Positions 41,350-56,132 of a stretch of 64,000 nt of DNA are shown in pieces. Positions within the stretch are counted from its first letter, which is position 1. Each line of letters begins with the position of its first letter. The stretch spans positions 9,982,001-10,046,000 of the forward strand of contig NC_043026.1 of assembly GCF_006345805.1 (NCBI RefSeq), in the 5' to 3' direction. The translations under genes were made by a program, and so were the position numbers. The DNA is from Octopus sinensis (Eukaryota). A model generated the notes under the pieces. The model worked only from the letters and a program-made list of their open reading frames with translations, was not told the origin of the DNA and searched no databases.

Positions 41350-41860
41350 TATATGGGTACAGGACACCAAAAAAACGTCGAACACAATGAGAAACGAAAA
41401 CATAAACACAAAACAAGGAAATGGACATTTTTTTAAACAACGAAAAATAGAGTACAGGACAAACAATACAAGGAAAGTTCCCCTTCTTCAGTCGCCTTAA
41501 TTTCATCTACTCCACGTTTCGAAGGTCAAGGCGATAACATGACTTCAATGAAATTTTCCTTCCCGCGGAAATCAAATTTATATAAAATTTGTGATTTTTT
41601 TCCAGAGGGGTAAATATGGTAACAAAAACAGGACAGTAACGACAGTACAAAATATAAACAGTAAAAGAAAGGACAACAGAGAATAACAGTAGCACAAACA
41701 AGGAGAGCTGTTAAGCCAAATGAGATAAAATTATTTTAAAAACGCTATTCTTTCAGAACGGTAGAGCAACAGATTTATGTCTCTACTTGGAGTAGGCCGG
41801 AGAAGAAAAGACAGAAATAGGCATCTCATCACGTGACCGCGACGGGACGGAGGAGGAGTG
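41350..41860. repeat. Unclassified interspersed repeat (possibly a Penelope-like terminal repeat); its first ~50 bp also occur at 25265-25316
   Basis: Flanked by TA/TG microsatellites, A-rich, with degenerate CTGAAGA and GAAACG motifs on the - strand; classification is inference only. Confidence 0.3.
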
Positions 41861-41862
41861 TG

Positions 41863-41897
<35 letters not shown>

Positions 41898-41974
41898 ATT
41901 TATGTGTGTGTGTATATATATATATGTGTGTGTGTATATATATATATATGTATATATATATGTTTATATATATA

Positions 41975-44900
41975 GCCACTGACCACATCTGTGGCTGGTG
42001 CAAAGTCCCCACAAGACCCAAAATAACGTGGTGGTGGAACAATACTGTTGACAGGGCTATTAGACAAAAGAAACAGGCTTGGAAGGACTGGAAGAACGGT
42101 GGTAGCAGGGAAGTGTATCAGACTGCAAGAAGGGAAGCTAGGAGGCAGGTGTATTTAGCCAAAGGGGAAGCAGATAAGAAAAAATTTGCCAATGTCCTGC
42201 GCCGTGAGGATGAAAGACTTGAGGTATTTCGTATAGCAAGACAGTGTGTGAGGGAGAATCGTGACGTGGTAGGAGAAAAATGTGTTCGCATGGATGACGG
42301 TTCACTTGCGCTAAATGAGGATACAAAGAGAGAAGTTTGGAGACGCCACTATGAAAGGTTGCTGAATGAGGAAAATGAATGGGATAAAGAGAGTCTGCCG
42401 AATGTCGACCCAACAGAGGGACCAGCAATCCGAGTTGACAGTCCCTTAGTAGTTAAGGAAGTGTATCAGACTGCAAGAAGGAAAGCTAGGAGGCAGGTGT
42501 GTATTTAGCCCAAAGGGGAAGCAGATAAGAAAAAAATTTGCCAATGTCCTGCGCCGTGAGAGATGAAAGACTTGAGGTATTCGTATAGCAAGGACAGTGT
42601 GTGAGGGAGAATCGTGACGTGGTAGGAGAAAAATGTGTTCGCATGGATGACGGTTCACTTGCGCTAAATGAGGATACAAAGAGAGAAGTTTGGAGACGCC
42701 ACTATGAAGGTTGCTGAATGAGGAAAATGAATGGGATAAAGAGAGTCTGCAGAATGTCGACCCAACAGAGGGACCAGCAATCGACCGAGTTGACAGTTCC
42801 TTAGGTAGTTAAGGCAATTACAAGCATGAAAACAACAGGGAAAGCCCCAGGCCATCAGGAATTACTGCAGAGATGCTCAAAATATCTGGTAGTGTCGGCT
42901 ATAGCCTAGTCACCCGTATAGTTAATCAGGGATTACACGAAGGAGTCATTCCTAATGACTGGTGTAGCAGCATAATAGTCAGCTGCTACAAAGGTAAGGT
43001 GACGCCCTAGATACAAATAACTACAGGGGTATCAAGCTGCTGATCAGGTAATGAAGGTTACGGAGAGGGTTATAGCCAACTAATTAGAGAGAGAGTTAGC
43101 CTAGATCAGATGCAGTTTGGGTTCGTGCCAGGGACAGGGAAAAGTACTACTGATGCTATTTTCATGGTAAGACAGCTTGCAGGAAAATACCTAGTCCAAG
43201 ACAAGCCCCTATACCTGGCTTTTGTGATATGGAGAAAAGCTTTCGACAGGGTCCCCGATCCCTTATCTGGTGGTCAATGAGGAAACTAGGGATAGATGAA
43301 TGGTTAGTGAGAGCTGTACAAGCCATGTACAGAGACGCTGCTAGTAAGGTGAGGGTTGGCATCGAGTTACAGTGAAGAATTCAGGGTAGAGGTTGGGGTC
43401 ACACCAAGGTTCAGTCCTCAGTCCCCTCCTATTATCATAGTCCTCCAGGCAATAACGGAGGAATTCAAGACAGGATGCCCCTGGGAGCTCCTCTATGCTG
43501 ATGACCTTGCTCTAATTGCTGAGTCTCTATCAGAACTAGAGGAGAAGTTTCAGGTATGGAAGCAAGGTTTAGAATCGAAGGGCCTTAGAATCAACCTAGC
43601 CCAAACCAAAGTCCTAATAAGTAGGAAGGTAGACAGACCAATCACAAAACGCCTTCAGGTAGATGGCCCTGCTCGATCTGTAGAAAAGGGTCGTACCGTA
43701 GGTAGAAACTCTTATAAGATGCACCAAATGTAAGCTATGGACACATAAGAGATGTAGTAATGTGAAAGGAGAAGACTAAACTAGGAAAATAGTTATTATC
43801 TGCAGTAGATGCTCAGGAGACAAAAAACTCTGAAAATATGCAGAGACCAACTTCTAACCACGTTCCAGGGAGAAAAAACTAGAAGTAGTGTGATAGCTTC
43901 CGCTACCTAGGTGACCAAGTCAGTAGCGGGGGCGGGTGTGTCTGTGAAAGTGTAATGTTAGAGTAAGAATAGCCTGGGCAAAGGTTAGAGAGCTCTTACC
44001 CTGCTGGTGACAAAAGGCTCTCGCTCAAAGTAAAAGGCAGACTGTATGATGCATGTGTATGTACAGCCATGCTACATGGTAGTGAACCTGGGCTGTGACT
44101 GCTGAGGATTTGCGTAAGTCGCAAGAAATGAAGCTAGTATGCTCCGATGGATGGGTAAAGTCAGTGTTCATAATCGAAAGAGTGTAAGTACCTCGAGGAG
44201 AAAAGTTGAACCTAAGAAGCATCAGTTGTGTGGTGCAAGAGAGACGTTTTGCGCTTGGTATGGTCATGTCATGTGAGAGAATGGCTGAAGATAGTTGTGT
44301 GCAAAAGGTGCACCCACCTGGCAGTTGAGGGGACCTGTGAAAGAGGTAGTACCCAGGAAAACCCTGGGTCGAGGTGGTGAAGCCACGACCTTCGAACTTT
44401 AGGTCTCACCAAGGAAATGACCAGAGACCGAGACCTTTGGAAGTATGCTGGTGTGTGTGAGAAACCCGGAAAGACCAGTGCGAAACAGTCCCAATCAAAT
44501 CAAACCAAATCAATCATATATCCAAAAAGCAGAACCAAATTGAGGTTGATCAACATCAGTGGGAATTGCAGCTGTGGTAAGCGAACCATCCGATCGTGGT
44601 CGTTGCCGGCGCCGCCCCGTCTAGCCTCCGTGTCGGTGGCACGTAAACACCATCCGTCATGTCCATTGCCAGTCTCGTCTGGCCCCCGTGCAGGTGACAC
44701 GTAAAAGCACCATCCGTCGTGGCCGTTTGCTGCAGCTCTGCTGGCCCCGTGCGGTGGCACGTAAAAGCACAATCCGTTCGTGTCCGTGCCAGCCTCGCCT
44801 GGCCCCGTGCAGGTGGGACACGTAAAAGCAACATCCGTTCGTGGCCCGTTTGGCTCTGTCTGTCTGCCCCCGTGTCGTGTGGCACGTAACGCACCATCTG

Positions 44901-45401
44901 TTCGTGTCCTGTTGCCAGCCTCCCTGGCCCCCGTGCCGGTGACATTTAAAACGCACCATCCGTTCGTGGCAGTTTGCCAGCTCTGTCTGGCCCCCAGTGT
45001 TGGTGGCACGTAAACGCACATCCGTCGTTCCGTTGTTGCAGCCTCGCCTGGCCACCGTGCCGGTGACACGTAAAAGCACCCTCCGTTCGTGGCCGTTTGC
45101 CAGCTCTGTTGGCCCCGTGGCTGGGTGGCACGGTAAAAGTCACCCATCTCGCGTGTCCGTTGCCAGCCTCGCCTGGCCCCGTGCGGTGAACGTTAAAGCC
45201 CCTCCGTTCGTGGCGTTTGCCAGCTCTATCTGCACGCGGGTGGCAGTAAAAAGCACCCACACTGTCACGGAGGGTTGGCGTTTAGGAAGGGCCTCCGCCG
45301 TAGCCTTCTGCCTCTCGCATGGGCAGCCTTTCTGCTTCACAGACCCCGGTTGAACCTCCACCCCTGATAGATGGAAACGGACGCGCTAAATGATGATGAT
45401 G
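41975..45401 (+). mobile_element. 5'-truncated RTE LINE (linker, RT, 3'UTR minisatellite) inserted in (TA)n
   Basis: TWWWN linker, NYRGIKL, QFGFVPG, AFDRVP and YADDL motifs with many indels; (GAT)n tail. Confidence 0.9.
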
Positions 45402-45520
45402 TTGGATATATCTTTGTCTATATATATGTATATATATATGTATATATATATGTATATATATATGTGTATATATATATGTATATATATATGTTTATATGTA
45501 TATATTATATATATATTGTC

Positions 45521-46819
45521 TCTCTTCTTATAAAAGGCAGATTTTATCTGCCTCTCTTTGTAACTTATAGAATCTTACAATATAGGATTTCTTCTATTAC
45601 CATTTACCTAGCATTTTAAGAGTAGAATGCATCGGGTCATGCCAGGTCCAGTTTTAAATTTTAAAACTCCAGTTAAGCAAATTTACAGAAAGAAAACTCA
45701 CATTCTGGTGTGTATGTCAATGCTCTTTTAATGTGGTTACACCACACGCAAACGCACACACACACAAAGGGAACGAACTGTTTCACTGTACTGCCCCTTA
45801 TCACCCTCTCCTCTTGTGTTTGCAAAGTTTGCATTATGAAGTGAAAAACAGTGAATCTGACAGGATAAAGAAAACGATTGGTACCTGAAGGAGTGAAAAA
45901 TTTAAAAACTGTTTCTTCGGTGATTTTTTGGAAGGAAACTGGACCAAGCCACAGACTTTCCAGAAGGAGTAAAGCCTTATAACTATTTCTATTTACTTTT
46001 TCGAATGAGCCTATTTGAAATCATTATTACGGCAGAAAGAAACGAATGTTATGCTAAACGTAAACAAAACGAAAGGAAAGGATAGTTGTGTATTTCCCCA
46101 CACCTTAAATGAAATTAAGGCTATTTTGCCATAAATATTATTATGGGTATCAGAAAGTTACCAGAATAACAAAAAATTATATCGTAAAATTTGTTGTATA
46201 CCCAATTGAATATTAGCTAAACCCATTTCTATAGCGATGTTTGACACAAAATTTTTAATATTTATATATTGTTGAATTACCTGTATCTACCTGCATTATA
46301 TAGAGTCACTTTGTGACAAAAATTATAGTATAGAATGGTGAGGACAATTCATTAAATTATCTTCCAAAAACCACATTATATATTAATAAATAAAAAAGTT
46401 ATTGTTTTTTAATGAAACCAGACTAAATTTGATTACGTTAGAAATAATTGAAACACATAAGGGGTGTAGTATTGTTGGTCAGAAATATAGTAACGAAAGG
46501 GTAGAAAAACCAAACCGGGTATCTTATAGTCGTGAGTCATATCGAGCCTTCTGGGTTTTAGGCGCGCGTCTACGATGAGTCTACGATTTAAAAAAATTTA
46601 CCATTCATTTTTTCCATTTAATGCATTTTCGCTATTCGTTATATAAGGGAAGTAAACTCTCTAAAAATATCTACGATCTGTCAACGATTTAAAAAAAGAA
46701 ATTACCTTAATATTTTTTTCCATTTTAATGCATTTTTTCCTTGTTTGGGCTATAACTCTCTAAAAATGCTTATATAGTTATTCCGTTACAACACCGAGCA
46801 ACGCGGGCGATACTGCTAG
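45521..46819 (+). mobile_element. Helitron A, second copy (with piggyBac fragment at about 45850-46503)
   Basis: Colinear with 28912-30318; CTAG|T at 46816-46820. Confidence 0.8.
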
Positions 46820-46822
46820 TAT

Positions 46823-46881
<59 letters not shown>

Positions 46882-46889
46882 TATTTATA

Positions 46890-48600
46890 TCTCTTTATTA
46901 TAAAAGGCAGATTTTATCTGCCTCCTTGTGAACTTATAGAATTATACAATATAGGATTTCTTCAATACAATTTACCTAGCATTTTTAAGAGTAGAATGCA
47001 TGGGGTCATTTGCCAGGTCCAGTTTTAACATTTTAAACTCCAATTAAGCCAAAATATTACAGAAAAACTCAATTTTGGTGGTGATGTCAAATGCTTTTTT
47101 ATGGTGGTTTACACCACACGCACACGCACACACACAGTGTGCAACGAATAAAATGAAAGTAAATAGCGACCAGAATGATTTGAGGAAGACTAAACTGAAA
47201 GTATTTAACCACTACTCAAAAAATAAAAAAAACACAGCAAACAGAAACAAATATACATAACCGATTTACTTTTCACCCCATATTCACAAATTAGAGTTTA
47301 CCTTTTAGATTTTCCTAAGATTTTCCCAAGTCCTCTCATTCGGTCATTCCATAATATATTTCGTTCAATTTCACCCCCAATTAAGACAAAATCGAGAAAA
47401 TTAAATTTTCCCCCCCTTAATATTTTTTCACTCCGAAAGCATTGATGTACATGTGTGCGTGTGCTGAGTGAGTGTGCTGTTGTGCTGTGTGTGTGTGTTT
47501 GATGGTTGTGCGACACAGAAAGTGTGGTGTGTAAGTGAAGTGCTTTTGTAGTGTGTGTTGTAAAGAGACAGACAGAGTGAAAAGACAGAAATAAACTGAA
47601 CTTTTTTGTTTCATTTTTGTAGTGAGTGATGAGAGAGAAAAGAGAGGAGAGAGAGGTTATGTATGTATATATGTATGTTATGGCTTCAGTGACACCACAC
47701 AACACAAAACACATACACTATACTAGTTACACTAAGCACGCACACCCACACACACACAAAAGCGGAGCGCGAACTTCAAAATTTTGGTAGTTTAATATTG
47801 CGAGCGTACTTCTAAGCGCGCGTTAATTGAAAGTTTTCACTATGATATCATCACGTGCGAAAAAATTCGAAGGGTTTTGAACAATTGAGATACACATGTC
47901 ACGCCTGTATTGAAACCTTGCTAAGCTGCCGTAATTGCTTAATTAAGACTTTTGTTTAAATTGAAAGGGGGGCAAATAGGTGACGAGGTTGAAAAAAAAA
48001 TACCCAAGAAAAAAAAATGTACTGCTGGTATTTATAAAATCACTACTATTTGCTACCATGTGTCATGAAAAAGAAAAAATTTAGGTATGTAAATCGAATT
48101 CGCCACCCCTTTTTCCCCGTTCGCGTTTGTGTAAAAAAAATTATTATTAAGTTTTAAAAATATTTACTTTGTTCAAAAAATATTAATATAATTAATTTTC
48201 AAGAATTATTTAATTTTATTCTGTAAAATAGTAATTAATTCATTTATCTGTAAATCCGCGAGGTTGTTACTCAGGCACCTAGAATGGTAACCTTCAACTA
48301 ACACTATATCTCCTCTGAGACCCTGCGGCGCAAGTTGACCAAAATTGAGAGTATGGTAGAAGAAGGGTTGCTCTTCCTTCCGTAGAAACATAAAATTCAA
48401 ATCGGACCATGTTAACACCAAAAATTATTTACATCAAAAAGATGCTTTTTTCTATGAAAAACATCTATTTTTTACGATTTTTCATGCTGTAGTCGCCACT
48501 TGTATTTCACCAGAAAAATGTTCACAAAATTTTTACTTTCAAAATTACAATTCCAGCGGGTCGAAACAAACCCGAGCAACGACGCGGGCGATACTGCTAG
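46890..48600 (+). mobile_element. Helitron B, second copy
   Basis: Colinear with 30389-32040. Confidence 0.8.
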
Positions 48601-48732
48601 TATATATATTAGATGTATATATATTATATTTATATATATTCATATATATGTCAATATATTTCTATTTTATATATATATATAATATAATGTATATATATAT
48701 ATTTATGCTATTTATATATGTATATATATGTA

Positions 48733-48950
48733 TCTCTTATTTAAAAGGCAGATTTTATCTGCCTCCCTTTGTCTCTTATAGAAATCTACAATATAGGATT
48801 TCTTCAATTACAATTTACCTAGCATTTTTAAGAGTAGAATACATCGGGTCGTGCCAGGTCCAGTTTTTCAAATTTCAACCCCAATTAAGCAAAATTTCGA
48901 GAAAACTCACGTTGTGGTGTGTAAGTGAAGTGCTTTGCTTAGTGTGGGCT

Positions 48951-48986
<36 letters not shown>

Positions 48987-51109
48987 CGGAGCGATCTGCT
49001 TCGCTCACGCTATCACCCTAATTTCTCCTCCGTTCTCTTTGCAAGTGTGCAACGATTAAAGTGAAAGTATTTATATAAAACGGATCACTCATGCTATCAC
49101 CATAATTTCTCATACTTTCTCTTTGCAAGTGTACCTTAAACCACTACTCAAAAAAAAAACACAGCAAACAGAAACAAATAAATACATAACGATTTACTCC
49201 TCACACAATTTCTTCAATTAGAGTTTACCTATGATTTTCAAAGTACTTCCATTCGGTCATGACATACAAAATTTCTTTCAATTTCCACCCCATTTCAGAA
49301 AAAAAATTCGAGAGAAAACTACCATTTCACTTCAAAGCTTTACTCTGCATATTACTCCCACTTCCTCTTTACACACAGACACGCAAATATATAAATAAAA
49401 TTGTAAATAACGTGTGTGGGTTGTGTGCGTTGTGGTGTGAGTGTGTGAGTGTGCGTGTGGTGTGGGTGTGTGTGTGAGTGTGCGTTGTGGTGTGTGTGTG
49501 TGTGTGTGTGTGTGTGTGACAGGGATGAGCCAGTCAGAGTGGTCATCCTTTTTGCTACACCACTGGTTTCAGTTCATATTCATCAAATTATATTCACAAC
49601 AAGAAGGCCTATTCATTATTATACATCAGTTCCACACATTTACCCTGGTTCCATTCGGACAACTGCACAAACATTTGCCATTTCACACATGTATGTAAAC
49701 AAAATCCTTTCTTAAAAATTTCAATTCATTTATTTTCAATTCATACAAAGTTTTTTAGGACGAATATAAGATCTAAAGTATATCCAAGTAGCAGAAACAT
49801 CGCCCAAAAGTGTATATAGATATTAAATGTATTTATATATTCAACTATACACAGATGTATGTATAATGTGTGTGTATATATTTCCATAGAGGTAACCATT
49901 CACTCCATACAAAGTTATTTAGGACGAATATAAGATCTAAAGTATATCCAAGTAGCAGAAAGATCGCCCAAAAGTGTATATAGATATTTAAATGTATTTA
50001 TATATTCATCTATACACAGATGTATGTATAATGTTGTGTGATATATTTCCATAGTAGACCGTAACCATTCAATCCCACAAAGTTTTTTAGGACGAAAATA
50101 AGATCTAAAGTTATCTCTAAGTAGCAGAAAGATCGCCCAAAAAGTGTATATAGATATATAAATGTATTTATATATTCATCTATGCACACATGTATGTATA
50201 ATGTGCATGTATATATTTCATAGAGGTAACCATTCAATCCATACAAAGTTTTTTAGGACGAAAATCTTATATATAAAAGAAAGGTTGTGTGTCTGTCTAC
50301 TCCGATTTAGATTCCTAACTACTCCCACATTTTGCGATGCAGTTTAACCAAAACCGGGTATCTTATAGTCGTGATTCATATCGAGCCCTTCTGGGTATTA
50401 GCGCGCATCTACGATGAGTCTACGATTTTACAAATAATTTACCATCATTTTTTTCCATTTTAATGCATATTTTTTTTAATAAAGGGAAGTAACTCTCAAA
50501 CTTCACACCAATATGTGTGCTCATATGCAACGTAATATCACATCAGCAGGACTTCCTCACACCCTCCTTGTACTTGGCGAAGGCAAAATACCAGGGGATG
50601 AAACTGGTAATATTGCCATCGATTCCATTTGTACCTTTGTTAAGACGCCTTCTGATCTCAGAGATGCAGTGTTCCCAGATCTACAAGCTAATTATCAGAA
50701 TATGGATTGGATTGGCCAAAGGGCTATTCTGGCCCCGAGGAATAAAACTGTTCACCATATTAATGATGAAATGCTAAAAACTCATTCTAGGGAAGTCTAT
50801 GTATATCAGTCTATCGATACAACTCCTGACGCAGAGGACGTCATCAACTATCCAATAGAGGTACTCAATTCCTTTGAGCACCCCGACTACCACCACACTT
50901 TCTCAAACTTAAAGTTGGTGCCCCTATAATGCTCATCAGATATTTGGTTCCCCCAAAACAATGCAATGGCACACGTTTGATCGTTAAGTCCTTATCTCCC
51001 ACCGTAAACTTATATCAATATTTGCCTGAATAATCATCATAATTCAGTGCAATCATTAACAGTACTTTCAAGCAATTCAGCCCCGAGCAACGCCGGGCAA
51101 TTCTGCTAG
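48733..51109 (+). mobile_element. Composite Helitron C, second copy (inner 5' end at 50265; helicase fragment at about 50513-51005)
   Basis: Colinear with 32214-34701; ORF 50513-50929 gives a cleaner helicase peptide. Confidence 0.8.
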
Positions 51110-51237
51110 TATATATATATAAATATGATATTTATATATGTATATATATATGTTAATATATATATATATGCATATACTATATATATACATGTATATATGT
51201 ATATATATATATACAATCTGTACTATACTGAAACGTA

Positions 51238-51475
51238 AAGGGAGATAATGAGACTTTGTTGTCTTGAATAGTTGAGAGAGGAAATACGCATGCGCGTTGA
51301 AGGTGCTTCCTAATTGGTTTTGATGTTTGGTGAAATGTCCAGTGTGTCAATTTCTTTGAATCAGCTGATTTTTATACCTTTATAATACTTACAATACGTA
51401 TTTATGATGTGTTTCTCAACTGCCAGACACACACGTATATAACAACACTATCCTTTATGAAGCATTTCCGTAAGT
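51238..51475 (+). promoter_or_regulatory. Putative promoter and exon 1 of ZNF6 (type B)
   Basis: ACGCATGCGC 51286-51295, GTAAGT 51470-51475; acceptor ends at 52688. Confidence 0.65.
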
Positions 51476-53029
51476 ATTAAGCAAAGAAATTTTTGATTGT
51501 TTTTAATTCTGTAGACGTTCGGTCTTTGGCGCGTCGATTCTTTGTGTCTTTTCTTACTGTTTATGAATGGGAGATGTCCTTGATTTGTGCCGGATTTGGC
51601 TGCTATTTCTAGCTATGGAAGAGAGATTCTATGATACGTGCGTGATTTGGCTGCTATTTCTAGCAATGGACAATACCTTCTGCACACTCCCTTGTTGCCA
51701 TGTTAGTTTGTGACATTAACCCTCTGTTGTGTTTTATTTTGAGAAATATTTTCTAATATCTTCCAACCGCTGAAATGTTCAGAAACCAATCCTTTATCGA
51801 ACGTTTGTTTCTTGGTATAACTAGAGATGTGCGCCCACCCTGATAGCAATTTGTTTTCTCATAACTAACAATGGATAACTTTAGATAGAAATTTCTGAAA
51901 ATACTTTTCAGATTATGTAGATCAGTGGTTTCCAAACTCTTTTACACCACAGACTGACTTCAAACTCGACAATCTCTCCGTGGACATACGTGTAATTTGA
52001 GTGCATTTCAATAAAAAGAGCAATTTATTAAAGGGAATAAAAAGGGTTCACCTTCAGTGTTTGACTCGAGCCAAAAAATTAATAAAAAAAAAAAATAGTG
52101 TAATAGGTGTAAAAACGTAGTAAACGAATATGAAAAAAAAATGTGCCAGTGAACGGGAGGTGTGAGGAGACGACTCGGATAATTCACATCGGGAATGTTC
52201 CAAGTCCTCTCGCCACTAACACATTTGTCGGCGCAATTTTTTTCTTCATATTATTTCATGCGTAGTACACTTTTGTTTTTTTTTTTTTGTGACGGAGGGT
52301 TGGGGTCCAACTCGGATAAGGTGCGCTGGCGAATGGTGGGGCGGAGAGGACTCGGAAAATTCATACGATCAAACTCACAGGATCCAAAAAACCCAATGTT
52401 AACACCCGATCATAAAAAAGGGGAAAAAATAGTGTAAAAAAGCCTGTTACTATATCTGTGAGATCTCTGATCTGTCTCATTGTCATGCCTGTTCTATGCA
52501 TTGATAACACCTCAACATCTATCTTGTTAACCAAGCTCCTATTTTCTAATTGAGCATATTAATAGAGTACTAATAAGGTTTTCTCTCCTTTACTTCCTGC
52601 CATTGTTCATGTATCTGCTCCCCTATGTTAAATACCAGCTGAATCTGTAGCCTCTACATCTTACACTGCTCTTTCTATATCATTTCAGAACATCGGATGA
52701 CACTGGCATAACAGAAGAAACATCCTCAATACCTACCACGTTTTAAGGACTAAAGGAAAATATTATACAAAATAGATGTATCAGATTGTTTCTACAATTC
52801 TGAGATAGAGGCCCTGTAAAACATTTACTCTGAGCTGGTATCATTAACCAAGTTTCTGAACATCACTGACTGGAGTATCAAGAAGAGGAGCTTGTATGCT
52901 GATTAAACTTGGATAAATGTATCTAAGTGTTGCTAGACAAAAGTAACACTGAACACAAATAGAAAAGTAGAAGTTTATGTAAGGAATAAAAAGGAAGAAA
53001 AATTTATACGTTGTGATTTGCAGGGGAAA

Positions 53030-55126
53030 ATGATGGAAAAGAGTGAAAAAGTTGAAGAACTGATTTCACCTGAACACATAACAGAGATGAGAAAATTGTT
53101 GTATGACTGTGACATTTGTAAAAAGGTCTTCGCCCTAAAATGTAACCTGATTTCCCACAGACGTATTCATACAGGGGAAAAACCATATCAGTGTGAGATC
53201 TGTGGTAAATCATTCTCTGACCAAAGTGCCTTGACTTCACATGAAGGTCTTCATACAAAGAAAAAGCCATATCACTGTTATGTCTGTGGTAAATCATTTT
53301 CTCAAAGTTGTAATTTATCTGCACACAAGCGTATTCATACAGGAGAGAAACCATATCACTGTGAGATCTGTGGTAAATCATTCTCTGACCAAAGTGCCTT
53401 AATTGTACACAAACGTCTTCATACAGGAGAAAAGCCATACTGTTGTGATATCTGTGGTTCATCATTCTCTCGGAGTTATTGCTTAACTACACACATACGT
53501 ACTCATACAGGTGAGAAGCCATATCGTTGTGATATCTGTGGTAAATCGTTCTCTAGTAATCATCAATTAACTATACACAAACGTATTCATACAGGAGAGA
53601 AACCATATCATTGTAACATCTGTGGTTCATCATTCTCTCGGAGTTATTGCTTAACTACACACATACGTACTCATACTGGTGAGAAGCCATATCGTTGTGA
53701 TATCTGTGGTAAATCGTTCTCTCGTAATCATCAATTAACCATACACAAACATTTTCATACAGATGAAAAACCATATCATTGTGATATCTGTGGTAAATCA
53801 TTCTCTGTAAGTAGGTCGTTAACTAGACACAAGCATATTCATACAGGTGAGAAACCATATCACTGTGAGATCTGTGGTAAATCATTCTCTTTTAATACTG
53901 CCTTAGTGAGACACAAACGAATTCATACAGGAGAAGAGCCATATCACTGTGAGATCTGTGGTAAATCATTCTCTGTAAGTAGGTCGTTAACTAGACACAA
54001 GCGTATTCATACAGGAGAGACACCATATCAATGTGAGATCTGTGGTAAATCATTCTCTGACCAAAGTGCCTTAATTGTACACAAACGTCTTCATACAGGA
54101 GAAAAGCCATACTGTTGTGATATCTGTGGTTTATCATTTTCTCAGAGTTATCACTTAACTACTCACAGGCATATTCATACAGGAGAGAAGCCTTATCAGT
54201 GTGATATCTGTGGTAAATCATTCTCTGAAAGTAGTTCGTTAACTAGACACAAGCGTATTCATACAGGAGAGAAACCATATCACTGTGAGATCTGTGGTAA
54301 ATCATTCTCTGTAAGTAGGTCGTTAACTAGACACAAGCGTATTCATACAGGAGAGAAACCATATCACTGTGAGATCTGTGGTAAATCATTCTCTGTAAGT
54401 AGGTCGTTAACTAGACACAAGCGTATTCATACAGGAGAGACACCATATCAATGTGAGATCTGTGGTAAATCATTCTCTGACCAAAGTGCCTTAATTGTAC
54501 ACAAACGTCTTCATACAGGAGAAAAGCCATATCACTGTGATGTCTGTGGTAAATCATTTTCTCAAAGTTGTATTTTATCTGCACACAGGCTTATTCATAC
54601 AGGAGAGAAGCCTTATCAGTGTGATATCTGTGGTAAATCATTCTCTGTAAGTAATGACTTGATGAGACACAAACGTATTCATACAGGAGAGAAACCATTT
54701 CATTGTAACATCTGTGGTTCATCATTCTCTCGGAGTTATTGCTTAACTACACACATACGTATTCATACAGGTGAGAAGCTATATCGTTGTGATATCTGTG
54801 GTAAATCGTTCTCTCGTAATCATCAATTAACCATACACAAACATTTTCATACACATGAAAAACCATATCATTGTGATATCTGTGGCAAATCATTCTCTGC
54901 AAGTAGTGTGTTAACTAGACACAAGCGTATTCATACAGGAGAGAAACCGTATCACTGTGAGATCTGTGGTAAATCATTCTCTTTTAATACTGCCTTAGTG
55001 AGACACAAACGAATTCATACAGGAGAAGAGCCATATCACTGTGAGATCTGTGGTAAATCATTCTCTGACAACAGTGGCTTAACAAAGCACAAATTTATTC
55101 ATATAGGGAAGAAAGGAAAAGGGTAG
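53030..55126 (+). CDS. ZNF6: C2H2 zinc-finger protein, 24 fingers, IGKKGKG tail
   Basis: Uninterrupted ORF from ATG 53030. Confidence 0.93.
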   Translation: MMEKSEKVEELISPEHITEMRKLLYDCDICKKVFALKCNLISHRRIHTGEKPYQCEICGKSFSDQSALTSHEGLHTKKKPYHCYVCGKSFSQSCNLSAHKRIHTGEKPYHCEICGKSFSDQSALIVHKRLHTGEKPYCCDICGSSFSRSYCLTTHIRTHTGEKPYRCDICGKSFSSNHQLTIHKRIHTGEKPYHCNICGSSFSRSYCLTTHIRTHTGEKPYRCDICGKSFSRNHQLTIHKHFHTDEKPYHCDICGKSFSVSRSLTRHKHIHTGEKPYHCEICGKSFSFNTALVRHKRIHTGEEPYHCEICGKSFSVSRSLTRHKRIHTGETPYQCEICGKSFSDQSALIVHKRLHTGEKPYCCDICGLSFSQSYHLTTHRHIHTGEKPYQCDICGKSFSESSSLTRHKRIHTGEKPYHCEICGKSFSVSRSLTRHKRIHTGEKPYHCEICGKSFSVSRSLTRHKRIHTGETPYQCEICGKSFSDQSALIVHKRLHTGEKPYHCDVCGKSFSQSCILSAHRLIHTGEKPYQCDICGKSFSVSNDLMRHKRIHTGEKPFHCNICGSSFSRSYCLTTHIRIHTGEKLYRCDICGKSFSRNHQLTIHKHFHTHEKPYHCDICGKSFSASSVLTRHKRIHTGEKPYHCEICGKSFSFNTALVRHKRIHTGEEPYHCEICGKSFSDNSGLTKHKFIHIGKKGKG

Positions 55127-55760
55127 TTTCTAGTTTACTATATATTTATAATATTCCTCTGATTTATACAATGGAAATTCCTAAAACTTTTAGATGTTTT
55201 TTTGTTTTTGTAATTTTCACATTTTATTCCATGGTGTAAGGAACTCTGTACCAAAACTCTTCCCCCTCCTGTCAACCCTTCACATGATTCTTTATTGAAT
55301 TACGCATCCTCACATTTTGTTCATTGTTTATCTTTTAAATGCTTCACTCAATAAATATGTTATACAATAACTTACTTTATGGCTTTTTCATGACTAGAAA
55401 TATTGTAATCCCTTGCCATATCGGGGTTCACCTATGGCGGTTCATTATTTAAGCTTATGTCAATTCCTCTGGGGTGTTGTGTTGCATTTATAATAAAATA
55501 AATATATACAAATTATAAAATTAATAATAAGAAGAAGAATATACAGTACAGTAGGTTTCTACTTTGCATATTTTCACTCATCATGGGGTTTTGGGATGTA
55601 ACACCTGCGATAGTCGATGGATTACTGTATGTAGTCAAACAATAACCCAAGTACGAAACGAGAGACCATATTGTGCCATCTGATTACCACTTGTTCTTGT
55701 CTCTACAGAACTCATTGCAAAGAAAAACATTCAATGATATGGATGGAGTCAAAATGCATC

Positions 55761-56132
55761 TGTTTCAATCATTTGACTGCGGCCATGCTGGAGCACTGCC
55801 TTTGGTCAAGCAAATTGACCCCAGGACTTATTCTTTGTAAGCCTTGTACTTATCCTATCGGTCTCTTTTGCAGAAGTGCTAAGTGACAGGGACGTAAACT
55901 CACCAGCATCTGTTGTCAAGCAATGCTAGGGGGACAGACAGACACACAAACACATATATATATATACATATATACGACGGGCTTCTTTCAGTTTCCGTCT
56001 ACCAAATCCACTCACAAGGCTTTGGTCGGCCCAAGGCTATAGTACAAGACACTTGCCCAAGATGCCACGCAGTGGGACTGAACCTGGAACCATGTGGTTA
56101 GTAAGCAAGCTACTCACCACACAGACACTCCT
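55761..56132 (-). mobile_element. SINE, third copy of the spacer SINE at 12900 and 17681
   Basis: Near-identical sequence and context. Confidence 0.85.

Noticed and set aside
41480-41560. Hammerhead-ribozyme-like words (CTGAAGA, GAAACG) on the - strand
   Set aside because: I could not build stems I-III around a complete CUGANGA/GAAA/NUH core in any topology; an RNAMotif/Infernal search would be decisive.
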